Assembly (NCBI GenBank): GCA_951406725.2
Contig: OX597818.1
Coordinates: 124,124,001 to 124,188,000, forward strand
Source: Octopus vulgaris
Taxonomy: Eukaryota
Length of the DNA stretch: 64,000 nucleotides
Direction of reading: 5' to 3'
The number at the start of each line of letters is the position of its first letter. Within the stretch, counting starts at the first letter, position 1. The notes beneath the pieces are model-generated. The model worked only from the letters and a program-made list of their open reading frames with translations. It did not search any database and was not told where the DNA came from. The translations under genes were made by a program, and so were the position numbers. Shown here one piece after another: positions 49,850-63,935 of this stretch.

Positions 49850-50290
<441 letters not shown>

Positions 50291-50539
50291 TGAACCGTGG
50301 TCAATTCTGATTGGGTAGACCCATAATCAAAAGCGTTCCATTTCTGACTATCCCGCCTTCTTCGGACACGGTACGTGTAGAAAGTGCATCTAGATTAATA
50401 GTAGAGCATATGCTACCCAATCTATCAATTCCTCTCTTAATGAGAAAGAGTACAATGTGAGGGAGATTGTGTGCTATTTCTAGCGTGCTGAGCGAACGTG
50501 CTGACAGAAGATTACAAGTTTGTCAATATTTATGACTTA

Positions 50540-50702
50540 GGCGCAAGAGTGGCTGTGTGGTAAGTAGCTTGCTTACCAGCCACACGGTTCCGGGTTCAAT
50601 CCCACTACGTGACCCCTTGGGCAAGTATTTTTTACTATAGCCTCGGGCCGACCAAAGCCTTGTGAGTGAATTCGGTAGACGAAAACTGAAAGAAACCCGT
50701 CG

Positions 50703-50740
<38 letters not shown>

Positions 50741-51182
50741 TGTGTGTGAGTGTGTTTTTTCCATCCAAACATCGCTTGACAACCTATTTCTTTATTACCC
50801 ACAAGGGGCTAAACACAGAGGGGACAAACAAGGACAGACATAGGTATTAAGTGGATTACATCGACCCCAGTGCGTAACTGGTACTTAATTTATCGACCCC
50901 GAAAGGATGAAAGGCAAAGTCAACCTCGGCGGAATTTGAACTCACAACGTAACGCAGACGAAATACCGCTAAGCATTTCGCCCGGCGTGCTAACAATTCT
51001 GCCAGCTCGCCGCTTGACAACCGATGCTGGTGTGTTTACCACCCCGCAACTGAGCAGCTCGGCAAAAGAGACTAATAGAATAAGTACTAGGCTTACAAAG
51101 AACAAGTCTTGGGGTCGATTTACTCGACTAAAGCGGTGATCCAGCATGGCCGCAGTCAAATGACTGAAACAGGTAAAAGAAT
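50540..51182 (+). mobile_element. SINE family A with nested SINE B (about 50785-51010, minus strand, TSD cgcttgacaacc)
   Basis: TSD visible on both sides of the nested copy. Confidence 0.85.
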
Positions 51183-51457
51183 AGAAGTGCCAGAAGTTAC
51201 ATTTGTAGAATTTCCAGACTGAGGGATGCGCGTGCACAGCGATTTATATGTAATGTTCAAGGGCCCGGGAACAGGGGGTGCAAGCGGGTGCACCTGCACC
51301 CCTTGGAATTTTCAGGTCGTGCAAGATCAAAATTTGCATCCCCTACATAATTTTACCAGTTTCAGAAAATAGTGTCTAAAATATTATCTGTATAAGATGC
51401 TTGAAGCTAGATTTCGTTTCAAAGCAAAAACAAAGAACAAAAATAAATAAATAAACA

Positions 51458-51868
51458 TATTTCTTTATTGCCCACAAGGGGCTAAACATAGAGGAGACAA
51501 ACAAGGAAAGACAAAGGGATTAAGTCGATTACATCGACCCCAGAGCGAAACTGGTACTTTATTTATCGACCCCGAAAGGATGAAAGGCAAAGTCGACCTC
51601 GGCGGAATTTGAACTCAGAACGTAACGACAGACGAAATATCTATTTCTTTACTACCCACAAGGGGCTAAAAATACAGACTAGACAAACAAGGACAGACAA
51701 AGGGATTAAGTCGATAACATCGACCCCAGAGCGAAACTGGTACTTTAATTATCGACCTCGATAGGATGAAAGGCAAAGTCGACCTCGGCGGAATTTGAAC
51801 TCAGATCGTAACGGCAGACGAAATACCGCTAAGCATTTCGCCCGGCGTGCTAACGATTCTGCCAGCTC
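51458..51868 (-). mobile_element. SINE family B dimer
   Basis: One head plus two units. Confidence 0.85.
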
Positions 51869-52219
51869 GATGAAGCTGGGCTTAAAATTCGTAAGGGAAT
51901 TTATGACTAACCAACTTCTGAAGCAAAGTAGCGTCAAAATAAAAAAGTATGTGACAACAACAGCAGTAGCAGCAAACAACGAGAACAACAACATGACCAG
52001 CATCTACGGCTACTCTTCAATACATAGCATTACTTGGATTCTTGAAGACAGCTCTATTCTGACAAAAATAACTCCAAAATCTTGCAATGCTGAAAATGTG
52101 TGAAGGTTTTTGTCCTCTCTCTATCTGTTACCTCTCTCAAGTTCTTTGTAGTTGATGTCGCTAAAGATTGACGACATGGTTGAATGGATTCGACTATTTG
52201 ACCTCAGCCTAAAAATATA

Positions 52220-52435
52220 TTTCTTTAATGCTCACAAGGGGCTAAACATAGAGGGGACAAACAAGGACAGACAAAGGGATTAAGTCGATTACATCGACCC
52301 CAGTGCGTAACTGGTACTTAATTTATCGACCCCGAAAGGATGAAAGGCAAAGCCGACCTCGGCGGAATTTGAACGTAACGGCAGACGAAATACGGCTACG
52401 CATTTCGCCCTGCTTGCTAACGTTTCTGCCAGCTA
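52220..52435 (-). mobile_element. SINE family B monomer
   Basis: Consensus match. Confidence 0.85.
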
Positions 52436-52699
52436 AGCCCTTTTAAAATTCTTTCAGTCATATAGGTTTTCTCATTTAGGTTGTTGGGTCCAAAGTTTGA
52501 CAAGGGAACAAAATGATTTATTTTTATCTTGGATATTTAATGCTCATTGTTAAATGCTTTGATATTTATTGTTCATTCGAAATACTAATCCAGTTTAATA
52601 AAAAAATTTTGGAAAGAAACATTTAACTATAAATGATTGCAGACCAGCTCTGAAATTACCTAATTTGCGAAGAAGTGTATTCGACAATTTCAGACTAGT

Positions 52700-54210
52700 C
52701 TATATAAAAAGGAAATGATATTAAAAGCATTACCTACCGTCATCCTGATGCGGTTAACTACGAAGATCACTTCAGAGGTGCTTTTTTTCGCTCATAAGTC
52801 TAACCCTAGCTGAGGCCAGCACAAGAGCTAATATGTTTTTAACAGGGGTCTTTAATTTTACTAATCTTAGCTGGCCCGAGGATTATATCCAGCCTGGAAC
52901 TAAGCAACTGAAGTGAAGGGATACGAACGCTTTCTTCGATACAACAAAATACTTTCTCATACAACAAATCATTACCAGTCCAATTAGGGGAAAACAGCAT
53001 ACTCGACTTTGTCTTTATTCTCTATGTTCAGGTTATTCTCACAGCTATTTCCAACCAAAGTATTATACAATTATCTGTATATGGTACAAAGATATATTCG
53101 ACTCGCTGCATGGATTTCTACCCCGAAGATCTTGTCTAACAAATCTTCTCCTTCTTGAAGAATGGTTTACAAGGACCATGGATGAAAAACACTCGGTGAG
53201 CGTGGTATTTTTGAACTTCGTCTGCAAATAGGAGATCTGTACCAAAGGCGTTTGACTCCGTTAATCACCGACTTCTCTTGCGCAAACTTCGAGCATTCAA
53301 GATTCATCCATTGGTGACTTCGTGGATTTCTTCCTTCCTGAGCTATCGAACCTTTCGGGTGCAGATAAATTGAGATCTCTCCGCGGAGACGAATGCATGC
53401 AGTAGCGTTCCCCAGGGATCGGTGTTGGGGCCAATACTTTTCCTTCTCTATATCAACGACCTGACAGATTTTCTTGACGGAAGAGTTCTCCTATTTGCAG
53501 ACGACGTCAAACTTGTCTCACCTAGGAATCGATACGACATACTCCAATCGTCGCTGAACCGAGCTTGGAATTGGACGGAAGAATGGGATCTGCCCTTGAA
53601 CGCCTCAAAATGCAGCCATTTGCCAATAGGTTCACCTCCAAACTCTCCCTTGACTATTGGCCACAAACATCAACATCTTAAGATGGTCACTGAAGAAAAG
53701 GATCTCGGCATAATGATCGATCCTACTTTCAAACCACCACGGCAGGGTATCGAGGCGGCGAACAAAGCCAGAAGGAATCTTTTCCTCATCCACTGATCCT
53801 TTTCCAACCTTTCAATGGACGTCTTTCGGCCTGTATACGTCATTCTAGTTCGACCCATCCTCGAATATTGCATCCATACCTGAAACCCATATCTCCAGAA
53901 AGACATTCAGCACCTAGAACGGGTTCAGCATTTGGCCACCCGAATGGACGCGGGCTTGTCTAAGCTTGCGTAAGAGGAACATCTCCAACGGCTGGCATTG
54001 TCTTCACTCAAACGACGGAGGATGCAGGGAAATCTCATCCAATTTTCAACATCTTCAACGGACATGTAAACCTACCATTTGCGGAGATGTTCACCCCTGC
54101 GCCAGATAGAGGTCTTCATGGGCATGATCGCAAACTCTATCCCCGACACTTTCGTTTAAACAGGCGGAAGGCCGCATTCTCCGTCCGTATCGCAGCACCG
54201 TGCATAATCC
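52700..54210 (+). mobile_element. CR1-group LINE (RT), decayed
   Basis: HGFLPRRSCLTNLL; KAFDSVNH; SVPQGSVLGPILFLLYINDL; LFADDVKL; LVRPILEYC; same 3' motifs as 5042-5495. Confidence 0.9.
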
Positions 54211-55395
54211 AAGCGAATTCTTTGATCCCACAACTCAAGTGCAGAGACACAACTTAAAATTAGTATCATGGAAGTTGATATACTTGCAGCTATTAATGAT
54301 TTAGACTCAAACTCAGCATCTGTACCAGATAGTATTCCAGTTATATTGCTATAAAACGTGCAAAAACCGCCTCATGAAATCATTAAAGGTACTATTTCAA
54401 AAGTTGCCAGATACCGCCACATTCCCGAGACTATTGAAAGAAGCTATAATAAAACCTATATAGGTACAAAGGAGGTAGCAGTGCTGAAGCTAAAAATTAC
54501 AGACCTGTTTCCCTCACGTCTTACACATCTAAAATTATCCAACGCCTTGTCCGAAGACTAAAAGTAATAACATACCTGGAGGAAAACAACTTAGACGACA
54601 CTCGGTATAGGTTTCGGACTGAACGAAGTTGCCTGTCACAATTCTTACAGCATCATAACAACCTCTAATAAACTCTTAAGGGGAAAGATCATTGACTGTT
54701 AATACCTTGATATTGTTAAGGCGTTTGACAAGACTGATCATGGAATCATCTGTCATAATTTAAGAAATCTTGATATCACAGGAAAAGTCGGAGAATGGTT
54801 CTTTAACTCCCTGTACGGTAGGGGTCAACCTGTTACTGCAAATGGATTTCACTCTAAGTTACCTGTAATATGTCGTGTACACCAGGGAACGAATTACACA
54901 AAAATATCGATGGCTAGGAGCTACACCAGAAAAATATGAAAATTAGTACATCAAAATTTCAGCTTCTTCATTACAAACGAATTCACCCAAATCGCAATAT
55001 TTGACACAAGGTAACATAATGATTCAGAACACTAATGACATACAGGACTTAGGTGTAATCATGTCAAATGATACATTTTCCATCAGCCATATTATCAAAG
55101 TAACCTTTAAATGCAGCAAACACATAGGCTGCATCCTACGAACATTCATGACAAGGGAACCGGTAGTTAGTTTTTTTTTTAGGGAAAACCCTAGTTCTGA
55201 GCAGTTTATATTACTGCTTACAATTTTAATCTTCTAACTCATCCGGTCTCATAGAAGAAATTGAAGGGTTACAAGGAACGTTCACTGGTAAAATACCTTC
55301 GGTTAAAAGTCTTATTTACCGAGAATGTCTGAAAGCGCTGAGTCTCTTGACGCCGAAGAGAAATATATTCTATCACATTCGTATGGAAAATTGTT

Positions 55396-55673
55396 GGAGG
55401 ACATATGGCGTAGTGGTTAAGAACACGGGCTACTAACCCCAAGATTCCGAGTTCGATTCCAAGCAGTGACCTGAACACTAACAACAACAATAATAATAAT
55501 AACATCGAAAAATGCCTTAGGAATGAGAACCCAGGTTCGAAATTTCCCCAAGACACCTGAAGAAGGCTGGAGGGTATATCAGCCGAAACGTTGTGTTAAC
55601 ATCAAACAAGATGAGGACAAATAGCCATCGAATGTAAATACGGTATATAATTCCTCATCTCTTAAATATAGAA
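55396..55673 (+). mobile_element. tRNA-headed short element containing a minimal hammerhead ribozyme
   Basis: A box tggcgtagtgg, B box gttcgattcc; interrupts the host LINE reading WKI/EGHVPN. Confidence 0.8.
55552..55597 (+). ncRNA. Minimal type I hammerhead ribozyme motif
   Basis: Stem I gacac/gtgtt; core CTGAAGA plus extra A; stem II ggctg/cagcc; GAAA; palindromic stem III ACGT; GUU triplet with predicted cut after 55592. Confidence 0.75.
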
Positions 55674-56407
55674 CTGTGGAGGGACATGTTCCAAACTTCA
55701 GCACTGGAGAGAGAGTTTTAATGCACAAACATTTATATACTCTAAGCTTGCAAGTATACTACGTTCGAAATCATGGGCTAAAATACTCTATTGTAACAAT
55801 CTGACGTTTAGAGTTCCCTCAACTGTTCAACTACCGATCTAAATTAAAAGAAATATAAAAGAGACTTCTACTGAAATATTAAAAAAACCCCTCCAAAACT
55901 CATTGGATGAACTCTTAACGATACCTTAGAAGTCAACAATTCAAGGATGATGCATTCAGAGGAGAACAGCTGCTAGAAAACTCAATCATAGACCACCTTC
56001 CAGTCAAGAAGCAACAACAAAACCTAATTGAAAATGCATTAAGGCGGTGCTCCAGAATGGCTGTAGTGCTATCATTAAAAGGATTCATCTTGTTTCAATA
56101 TTGTGCCAGACAGAAGGCGATGAGTTGACAGAGACGTTAGCACGCCGGGCGAAGTGCTTAGTGGCATTTCGTCTGCCATTACGTTCCGAGGTCAAATTTC
56201 GCCGAGGTCGACTTTGCCTTCCATCCTCGGGGTCGATAAATTAAGTACCAGTTGCGTATTGGGGTCGATCTAATCGTCTGGTCCCCTCCCAAAATCTTTC
56301 GGGGCCTTGTGCCTCGAGTAGAAGAGAACATTCTACCAGATGGCAGTCTTCAGTAATTATTCCCAAAGATACCACTGACCACAATCTTTTATATCAATGC
56401 CGAAAAC

Positions 56408-56917
<510 letters not shown>

Positions 56918-57099
56918 CGGTACTTAAGCTGACTCGAGAAATCTCTGGTGAGACTTTTTATTAGTGTGCCTGAAGAGACCCAGAACGAGTCGAAACATGT
57001 GTTGTACCCAATGAAGTTTATCACACTTTCCATCTCCTATTTTATGAATACTGTTCCCTTCCGGTCATTTCGAAATGTAACCACATGTGGACCTTTATG

Positions 57100-57252
57100 G
57101 AAAATTACGAGGACTTCCGGGAAAGTTCCGAGGTTGAGATTCCTGTAAAATTCCGAGGATTTCCTGGAAAGTTCCGAGAGTACGAATTCCTGGAAAATTC
57201 TGAGCACCTCCTGGAAAGTTCCGAGGATGAGAGACTTCCTGGAAACTTCTGA
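57100..57252. repeat. Imperfect minisatellite (cctggaaagttccgagg-like)
   Basis: About 6 imperfect units. Confidence 0.7.
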
Positions 57253-57311
57253 GCATGAGACTACCTTTCTTCACAGCAATGAATTTCAACAAGATATTTT
57301 TTGAGGTATCA

Positions 57312-57695
57312 ATGTATGCATGTATGCATGTATGTATGTATGTATGCATGCATGCCTGTATGTATGTACGTATGTATGTGTATGTATGTATGTATGTATG
57401 CATGCATGCATGCATGTATGTATGTATGTATGTATACATGCATGCACGCATGCAAGTATGTATGTATGTATGTATGCATGCATGTATGTATGTATGTATG
57501 CATGTACGCATGTATACATGCATGCATGCACGCATGCAAGTATGTATGTATCCATGGATGCATGTATGTTTATATGCATGCATGTATATGTATATGCATT
57601 CATGTATGCATGTATGTTTATATGCATGCATGCATGTATGTATGCATGTATGTATGTATGTATGTATGTACGTACGTGCCTATGTGTGTATGTAT
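57312..57695. repeat. (ATGT)/(ATGC) compound tetranucleotide repeat
   Basis: Direct reading of the sequence. Confidence 0.95.
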
Positions 57696-58317
57696 GTTCA
57701 TTTCTTCTTTTATTCTTTTACTTGTTTCGGTCATTGGGCTGCGGTTGTGCTGGAGTGGGCCCTGCCTTGAAGGGATTTTGTTGAATATATTGATCCCAGT
57801 ACTTGTTTACTGTAAAGTCTGGTCTTCATTTTAGCCGTCTCTTTTGCTGAACCGCTAAATTATGTGAATGTAAACAAACCAAAACCGGTTGTCATGCAGT
57901 GTGGAGGCAGACAGACACATAAACACGCACGCTCTCTCTCTCTCTCTCTGTGTCTTTCACACAGACACACACACGCCCTCCCTTGTACGCAAGCATGTGC
58001 ACACACACACATGCCGACGACCCTCGACCCACACACAGCAAAAGCTTGTTCAACTATGCTCACTACAGTCGCTAAAATTACGATTCTCTCTTGTATTATA
58101 AATCTTTCGAACGTTGATATTCCAAGGAGACAGTCTGCTTCTATATGATTTATTCTGACATTGTCATTTCTTTTATGAAAAACCAGTGGCTTACAACAAA
58201 AAATAAACACACCAATATAACCAATGAATTGAAGATTTACAATCGAAATATTGATAATGTTGAGAAATAATTGGATTTAATGCCAATTTCAGCTGTTATA
58301 GAATTGGAATTTTTTTT

Positions 58318-58618
58318 CGCCCTTTTCAAGACTAGCCAGGCTCATGGACCCGGTTCCCCAGTTTCTGTGGCGTATGTGTTCCCCCCAGCTGGACGGGATG
58401 CCAGTCCATCGCAGCGTCGCTCAAGAAACAGGAAAAGGGAGTGAGAGAAAGTTATGGCGAAAGAGTACAACAGGGGTCGCCATCACCCCCTGCCGGAGAC
58501 TCGTGGAGCTTTTAGGCGTTTTCGCTCAATAAACACACACAACGCCCGGTCTGGGAATCGAAACCGCGATCCTCCGACCGCGAGTCCGATGCCCTAACCA
58601 TTGTGCCATTGCGCCTCC
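58318..58618 (-). mobile_element. SINE family C head with alternative 3' tail (variant 3)
   Basis: Shared head; tail ctgcgatggactggcatcccgtccag... Confidence 0.8.
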
Positions 58619-58739
58619 TTTTATACTACTGACCATTATTACACTGCGTTCCTTTTCGAAGGTTATACTTCTGCAAACTATAGACAAAATATACCTTGTA
58701 AATACCTTCCTTTTGAAAGGAGGAGACATTCTCAATTAT

Positions 58740-59165
58740 GGCGCAGGAGTGGCTGTGGGGTAAGTAGCTTGCTAACCAGCCACATGGTTCCGGGTTCAGT
58801 CCCACTGCGTGGCATCTTGGGCAAGTGTCTTCTGCTATAGCCCCGAGCCGACCAATGACTTGTGAGTAGATTTGGTAGACGGAAACTGAAAGAAGCCTGT
58901 CGTATATATGTATATATATATATATAAGTGTGTGTGTATATGTTTGTGTGTCTGTGTTTGTTCCCCTAGCATTGCTTGACAACCGATGCTGGTGTGTTTA
59001 CGTCCCCGTCACTTAGCGGTTCGGCAAAAAAAGAGACCGATAGAATAAGTACTGGGCTTACAAAGAATAAGTCTCCTGGGGTCGATTTGCTCGACTAAAG
59101 GCGGTGCTCCAGCATGGCCGCAGTCAAATGACTGAAACAAGTAAAAGAGTAAAGAGTAGAGAGTA
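58740..59165 (+). mobile_element. SINE family A
   Basis: Full-length copy. Confidence 0.9.
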
Positions 59166-59436
59166 TGTCAAATATCTATAGAATATTTTATGTGCTTGCT
59201 GCCTCAGAAGACGCCAGTACGTTGTTGCTAAAACAATGTAATTATAATATAACCGTTTCTATTATAGGTACAAGGCTTGACATTTGTGAGGAAGGGGTGA
59301 GTCGATTTCATCGATCCCCAATGCTTAACTGCTACTTATTTTATCGACTCCGAAAAGATGGACAGTAAAGTCGACCTTGGCAGGATTTGAACTAAGTATT
59401 TGAACTAAGTATTTTGTCCGGTGCAGTAACAATTCT

Positions 59437-59837
59437 TATTTCTTTATTGCTCACAAGGGGCCAAACACAGAGGGGACAAACAAGGACAGACAAACGGATT
59501 AAGTCGATTTCATCGAACCCAATGCGTAACTGGTACTTAATTTATCGACCCCGAAAGGATGAAAGGCAAAGTCGACCTCGGCGGAATTTGAACTCAGAAC
59601 GTAACGGCAGACGAAATACCTATTTCTTTACTAAACACAGAGAGGGCAGACAAGGACAGACAAATGGATTAAGTCGATTTCATCGAATCCAATGCGTAAC
59701 TGGGACTTAATTTATCGACCCCGAAAGGATGAAAAGCAAAGTCGACCTCGGCGGAATTTGAACACAGAACGTAACGGCAGACGAAATACGGCTACGTATT
59801 TCGCCCGGCGTGCTAACGTTTCTGCCAACTCGCCGCT
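59437..59837 (-). mobile_element. SINE family B dimer abutting an older B copy
   Basis: One head plus two units. Confidence 0.85.
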
Positions 59838-60254
59838 TTATATGTAATATACTATATAGCAATGTGATGTAATAAATATAATACAATTCACACACACACA
59901 CACACGTACATGTGTGTGTTTATGTGTATTTTTGTGTTTGCGTTTGCCTTCAACATCACTGGACAAATGATGTTAGTTTGTTTACGTCCCCCTAACCCAA
60001 CTGGCTGAAACAAGTAAAAGTATATATACGTATGTATGTCTGTATGTTCGACGCCTGCCATCCCTAAAGAGTACGCGTTATAGATAACCGCCCTGTTACC
60101 TAATATCGAATGATTTAATATCCGGTGCGAAACCAATTGGTAAGCCCGGGTATTATGGATCTATAATTCTGTATACTTTGGTTACTATACCAACTCTATC
60201 GACAGATGGAAGAATGCCTATTTTTTCAGATTTATGTATTCTTAGATGACAATA

Positions 60255-60256
<2 letters not shown>

Positions 60257-60315
<59 letters not shown>

Positions 60316-60368
60316 TCACACACACACACATTCACACACACACACATTCACACACACACACATTCACA

Positions 60369-60403
<35 letters not shown>

Positions 60404-60498
60404 TCACACACACACACACACACATTCACACACACACACATTCACACACACACATTCACACATACATATTCACACACACACACATTCACACATTCACA

Positions 60499-60582
<84 letters not shown>
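60257..60582. repeat. (CA)n / (CACATT) compound microsatellite
   Basis: Direct reading of the sequence. Confidence 0.95.
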
Positions 60583-60584
<2 letters not shown>

Positions 60585-60839
60585 TATCATGTCCTATGTG
60601 GGAAGATAATGTATAGGAACAAATACAAAAAAAAAATTTCTGATGTTGAGTATATCCATGCATGAAATATCACTGCAACGTTTCCACCAAGACCACCCGC
60701 TGAATGTAAACAGAGCAGGCGGCCTGATAAATAAGCTATCTACTGTGGTGGAGATCAATTAATTTGCCCAGTGGCTGTCAACGTTTCACTTCAAATTAGT
60801 GGGACATTTTTTGTTAGCTCCAAAGAAAAAAAAGATATA

Positions 60840-61220
60840 CTCTCTCTTTTTACTCTTTTACTTGTTTCAGTCATTTGACTACGGCCATGCTGGAGCACCG
60901 CCTTTAATCGAGAAAATCGACCCCGGGACTTATTCTTTTGTAAGCCCAGTACTTATTCTATCGGTCTCTTTTGCCGAACCGCTAAGTGACGGGGACATAA
61001 ACACACCAGCATCGGTTGTCAAGCAATGCTTGGGGGACAAACACAGACACACAAACACATACACGCATATATATATATATATATATACGACGGGATTCTT
61101 TCAGTTTCCGTCTACCAAATCCACTCACAAGGCTTTGGTCGGCCCGAGGCTATAGTAGAAGACACTTGCCCAAGGTGCCACGCAGTGGTATTGAACCCAG
61201 AACCATGTGGTTGGTTAGCA
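60840..61220 (-). mobile_element. SINE family A
   Basis: Near-consensus copy with truncated head. Confidence 0.9.
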
Positions 61221-61524
61221 AAAAACAATTATGCGAGTTATGTAAATTCCAGCACTTTAATGGACAGTGAAATGAAGCAAGACTTCTTTGTGAAGTTTGT
61301 CATGTGACAGAAACAAAATTCATAGTTTTGTTGAAGGTTGTTTTGATTTCAACGAAGAATCTTTGTTCATTTAATTAGAATCTATATTTAGATATATTGA
61401 TTTCCAGTTCGATTAATAACTATAATTATAGATGCTACAAAAGTAATCGGTGTTGTCGTTGAAGTAGATGGAACTGCCACGTGCATAAAATATAATTGAA
61501 TTACTATAAATTAAAAGACATTTT

Positions 61525-61902
61525 GGGGAAGCACTCCGTCGGTTACGACGACGAGGGTTCCGGTTGATCCGAATCAACGGAACAGCCTGCTCGTGAAATT
61601 AACGTGTAAGTGTCTGAGCACTCCACAGACACGTGCACCCTTAACGTAGTTCTCGGGGAATATTCAGCGTGACACAGAGAGTGACAAGGCCGGCTCTTTG
61701 AAATACAGGTACAACAGAAACAGGAAGTAAGTGAGAGAAAGTTGTGGTGAAAGAGTACAGCAGGGATCACCACCATCCCCTGCCGGAGCCTCGTGGAGCT
61801 TTAGGTGTTTTTGCTCAATAAACATTCACAACGCGGATCCTACGAAACCGCGATCCTACGACCACGAGTCCGCTGCCCTAACCACTGGGCCATTGCGCCT
61901 CC
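61525..61902 (-). mobile_element. SINE family C, full length
   Basis: TSD aaaagacattt. Confidence 0.9.
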
Positions 61903-62852
61903 AAAAGACATTTAACGAATGAACGCAGGCATGACTTTGCGGTTATTTAATCCGTTTCGAATCTATTTGATTTCAAGATCGATCCCACTGCGCAGCAAAT
62001 TAACCAATGTCCTCTATCATAGCATTAGGTCGACCAAAGCCCTTTTGAGTGAAATTTGGTTGACGGAAACTGTGCAGAGGCTCATTGGAGTAATCATTCC
62101 TGTTTTGTAGTGTGAGGTGGTTTTAATTGCCATTTGGTAATCAAGACAGCCTTATAACGTTAATAAACCAAGAGTTTACATTGCATGGTATTTCAAATAG
62201 CTCTGTTTATATCTGGTATTCAAATACATATCACTGGCCCCTTTGTGTTGTTCGCTCCCCATACTAGCAGTATATATTGTATATGGAGGGTGCAGCGTCG
62301 CACCGATAACCAGCTGGCGGAAGATCTGCCTGGGGTTAAACTAGTGGTAACACAGAACAGCCACTTTGATATAGCGATTGATTTTACTTGTTAGTATAGT
62401 TACTACTCTGATCTCTTCTTGAGATTTTACAACTAGCTATTATGCTTGTTGCAAATCTGTCACCGATGGTCGCCTTCTTTACAATGTATTGCTGACCGGA
62501 GCAGACCCAGGCCATCGCTCTGGTGAACAGGTGCTCCTGACTGAGAATAAGCCAACCAGCTCGAAACTGAGTCAGTGTCGCAATCCTGTTGTCTGCTAGA
62601 GGATGGTAGGGGTTCAATCCCTGTACTCTATTTTTTCGTTGTTTAAGAAAAATGTCCATTTCCTTGGTTTTGTGTTTATATTTTCGTTTCTCATTGTGTT
62701 CGACGTTTTTTTTGGTGCCCTGTACCCATATATGCATGTATATATACATGTAGATGTAGGTATGTACATATATGTATGTATATATGCATATGTTTTATTT
62801 ATTAATTTGTTTTTATACGACAGAACGCACGCATCCATTTCTAAGTAAGTTT

Positions 62853-62931
<79 letters not shown>

Positions 62932-63732
62932 ATATATATATATATATATTCGTATCTCGCCAACATCTGTATTTGTCCCCTCTACCGAAAAGGTAATTAT
63001 TTCTACGCCAGCTGCTATGTTGTTGTTTTTGTCTCATTTGGTCTAAAGTCGTATGACAACCACCGTTATATTATATTTTGTTTAACCGTTACCGTTTTCA
63101 ATTTCGTTTTCGTCTCTCGTATTTACACCGTCTCGTGCGTTCACATTCCTGTCTTCTACCAAGAAATCTAATGCTTACAGCTTAGTTTTTTTTCTTGGGG
63201 CTGGCCGAGTTGGAGCAAATATCAGAATTGATCAGCCGAAATTTGCTATGACGATTCGGTGTCTGACTGAAGATTGAAGGCTTCGAATGATTTGTCTGTG
63301 TTCCGTGTTTGTCCCTTCCTGTATTTCACGTTCTTTATATATAAAATATTTATCCCTATATATATACTGTCTTTCTGACCTGGCTTCCTTCAAGTGTACA
63401 CGGCATTTTCTGTTGCTCCTTCGCCGTTCTCAAAAATAGCGTTCGTAATATTTTATCTCGTTCGGCTTAACAGCCCTTCTTATCTGTGTTACTGTTATTC
63501 TCCTTATTCTCCTTGTCCTGTCTTTCACTGTTTATATTTTGTACTGTCGTTACTGTCCTGCTTTTGTTTACCATTTTTACCCCTCCGCAAAAAAATCTCA
63601 AATTTTATTTAATTTGCTTTTCGCGGGAAGGAATGTTTCATTAAAGTCATGTATCGCCTTGACCTTCGAAACGTGGAGTAGATGAAACAAAGGCGACTGA
63701 AGAAGGGGAATTTGCGCCTATGTATATATATA

Positions 63733-63935
63733 AAGGGAAAGTTTACGAAAATAAACAAAAGACGAAGGCAGGTAGAGTACAAACAAACAAATGTATTAGT
63801 ATAGCGCTCAGGAATAGAAAAAGTCTTTTACATTTCGAGCCTACGCTCTTCGACAGAATGATACACAGAAAAAAAACAAGGAGAGAAACAAGGAGAGAAA
63901 AAAAGATGCGTGTAGGAGCTAACGATCTATCATGG
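63733..63935 (-). mobile_element. TA-flanked short element with a hammerhead-like motif (copy of 16527-16719)
   Basis: High similarity to 16527-16719. Confidence 0.65.

Larger units (their letters stand above)
54215..56085 (+). mobile_element. Older CR1/L2-group LINE whose 3' end matches the SINE A tail
   Basis: FRTERSCLSQ; YLDIVKAFDKTDHG; DLGVIMS; IGCILRTF; WKI.EGHVPN; ends aaggcggtgctccagaatggctgtagt. Confidence 0.7.

Noticed and set aside
55399-55471. Functional tRNA gene
   Set aside because: Acceptor and T stems pair poorly, there is no T-run terminator, and it is part of an insertion.
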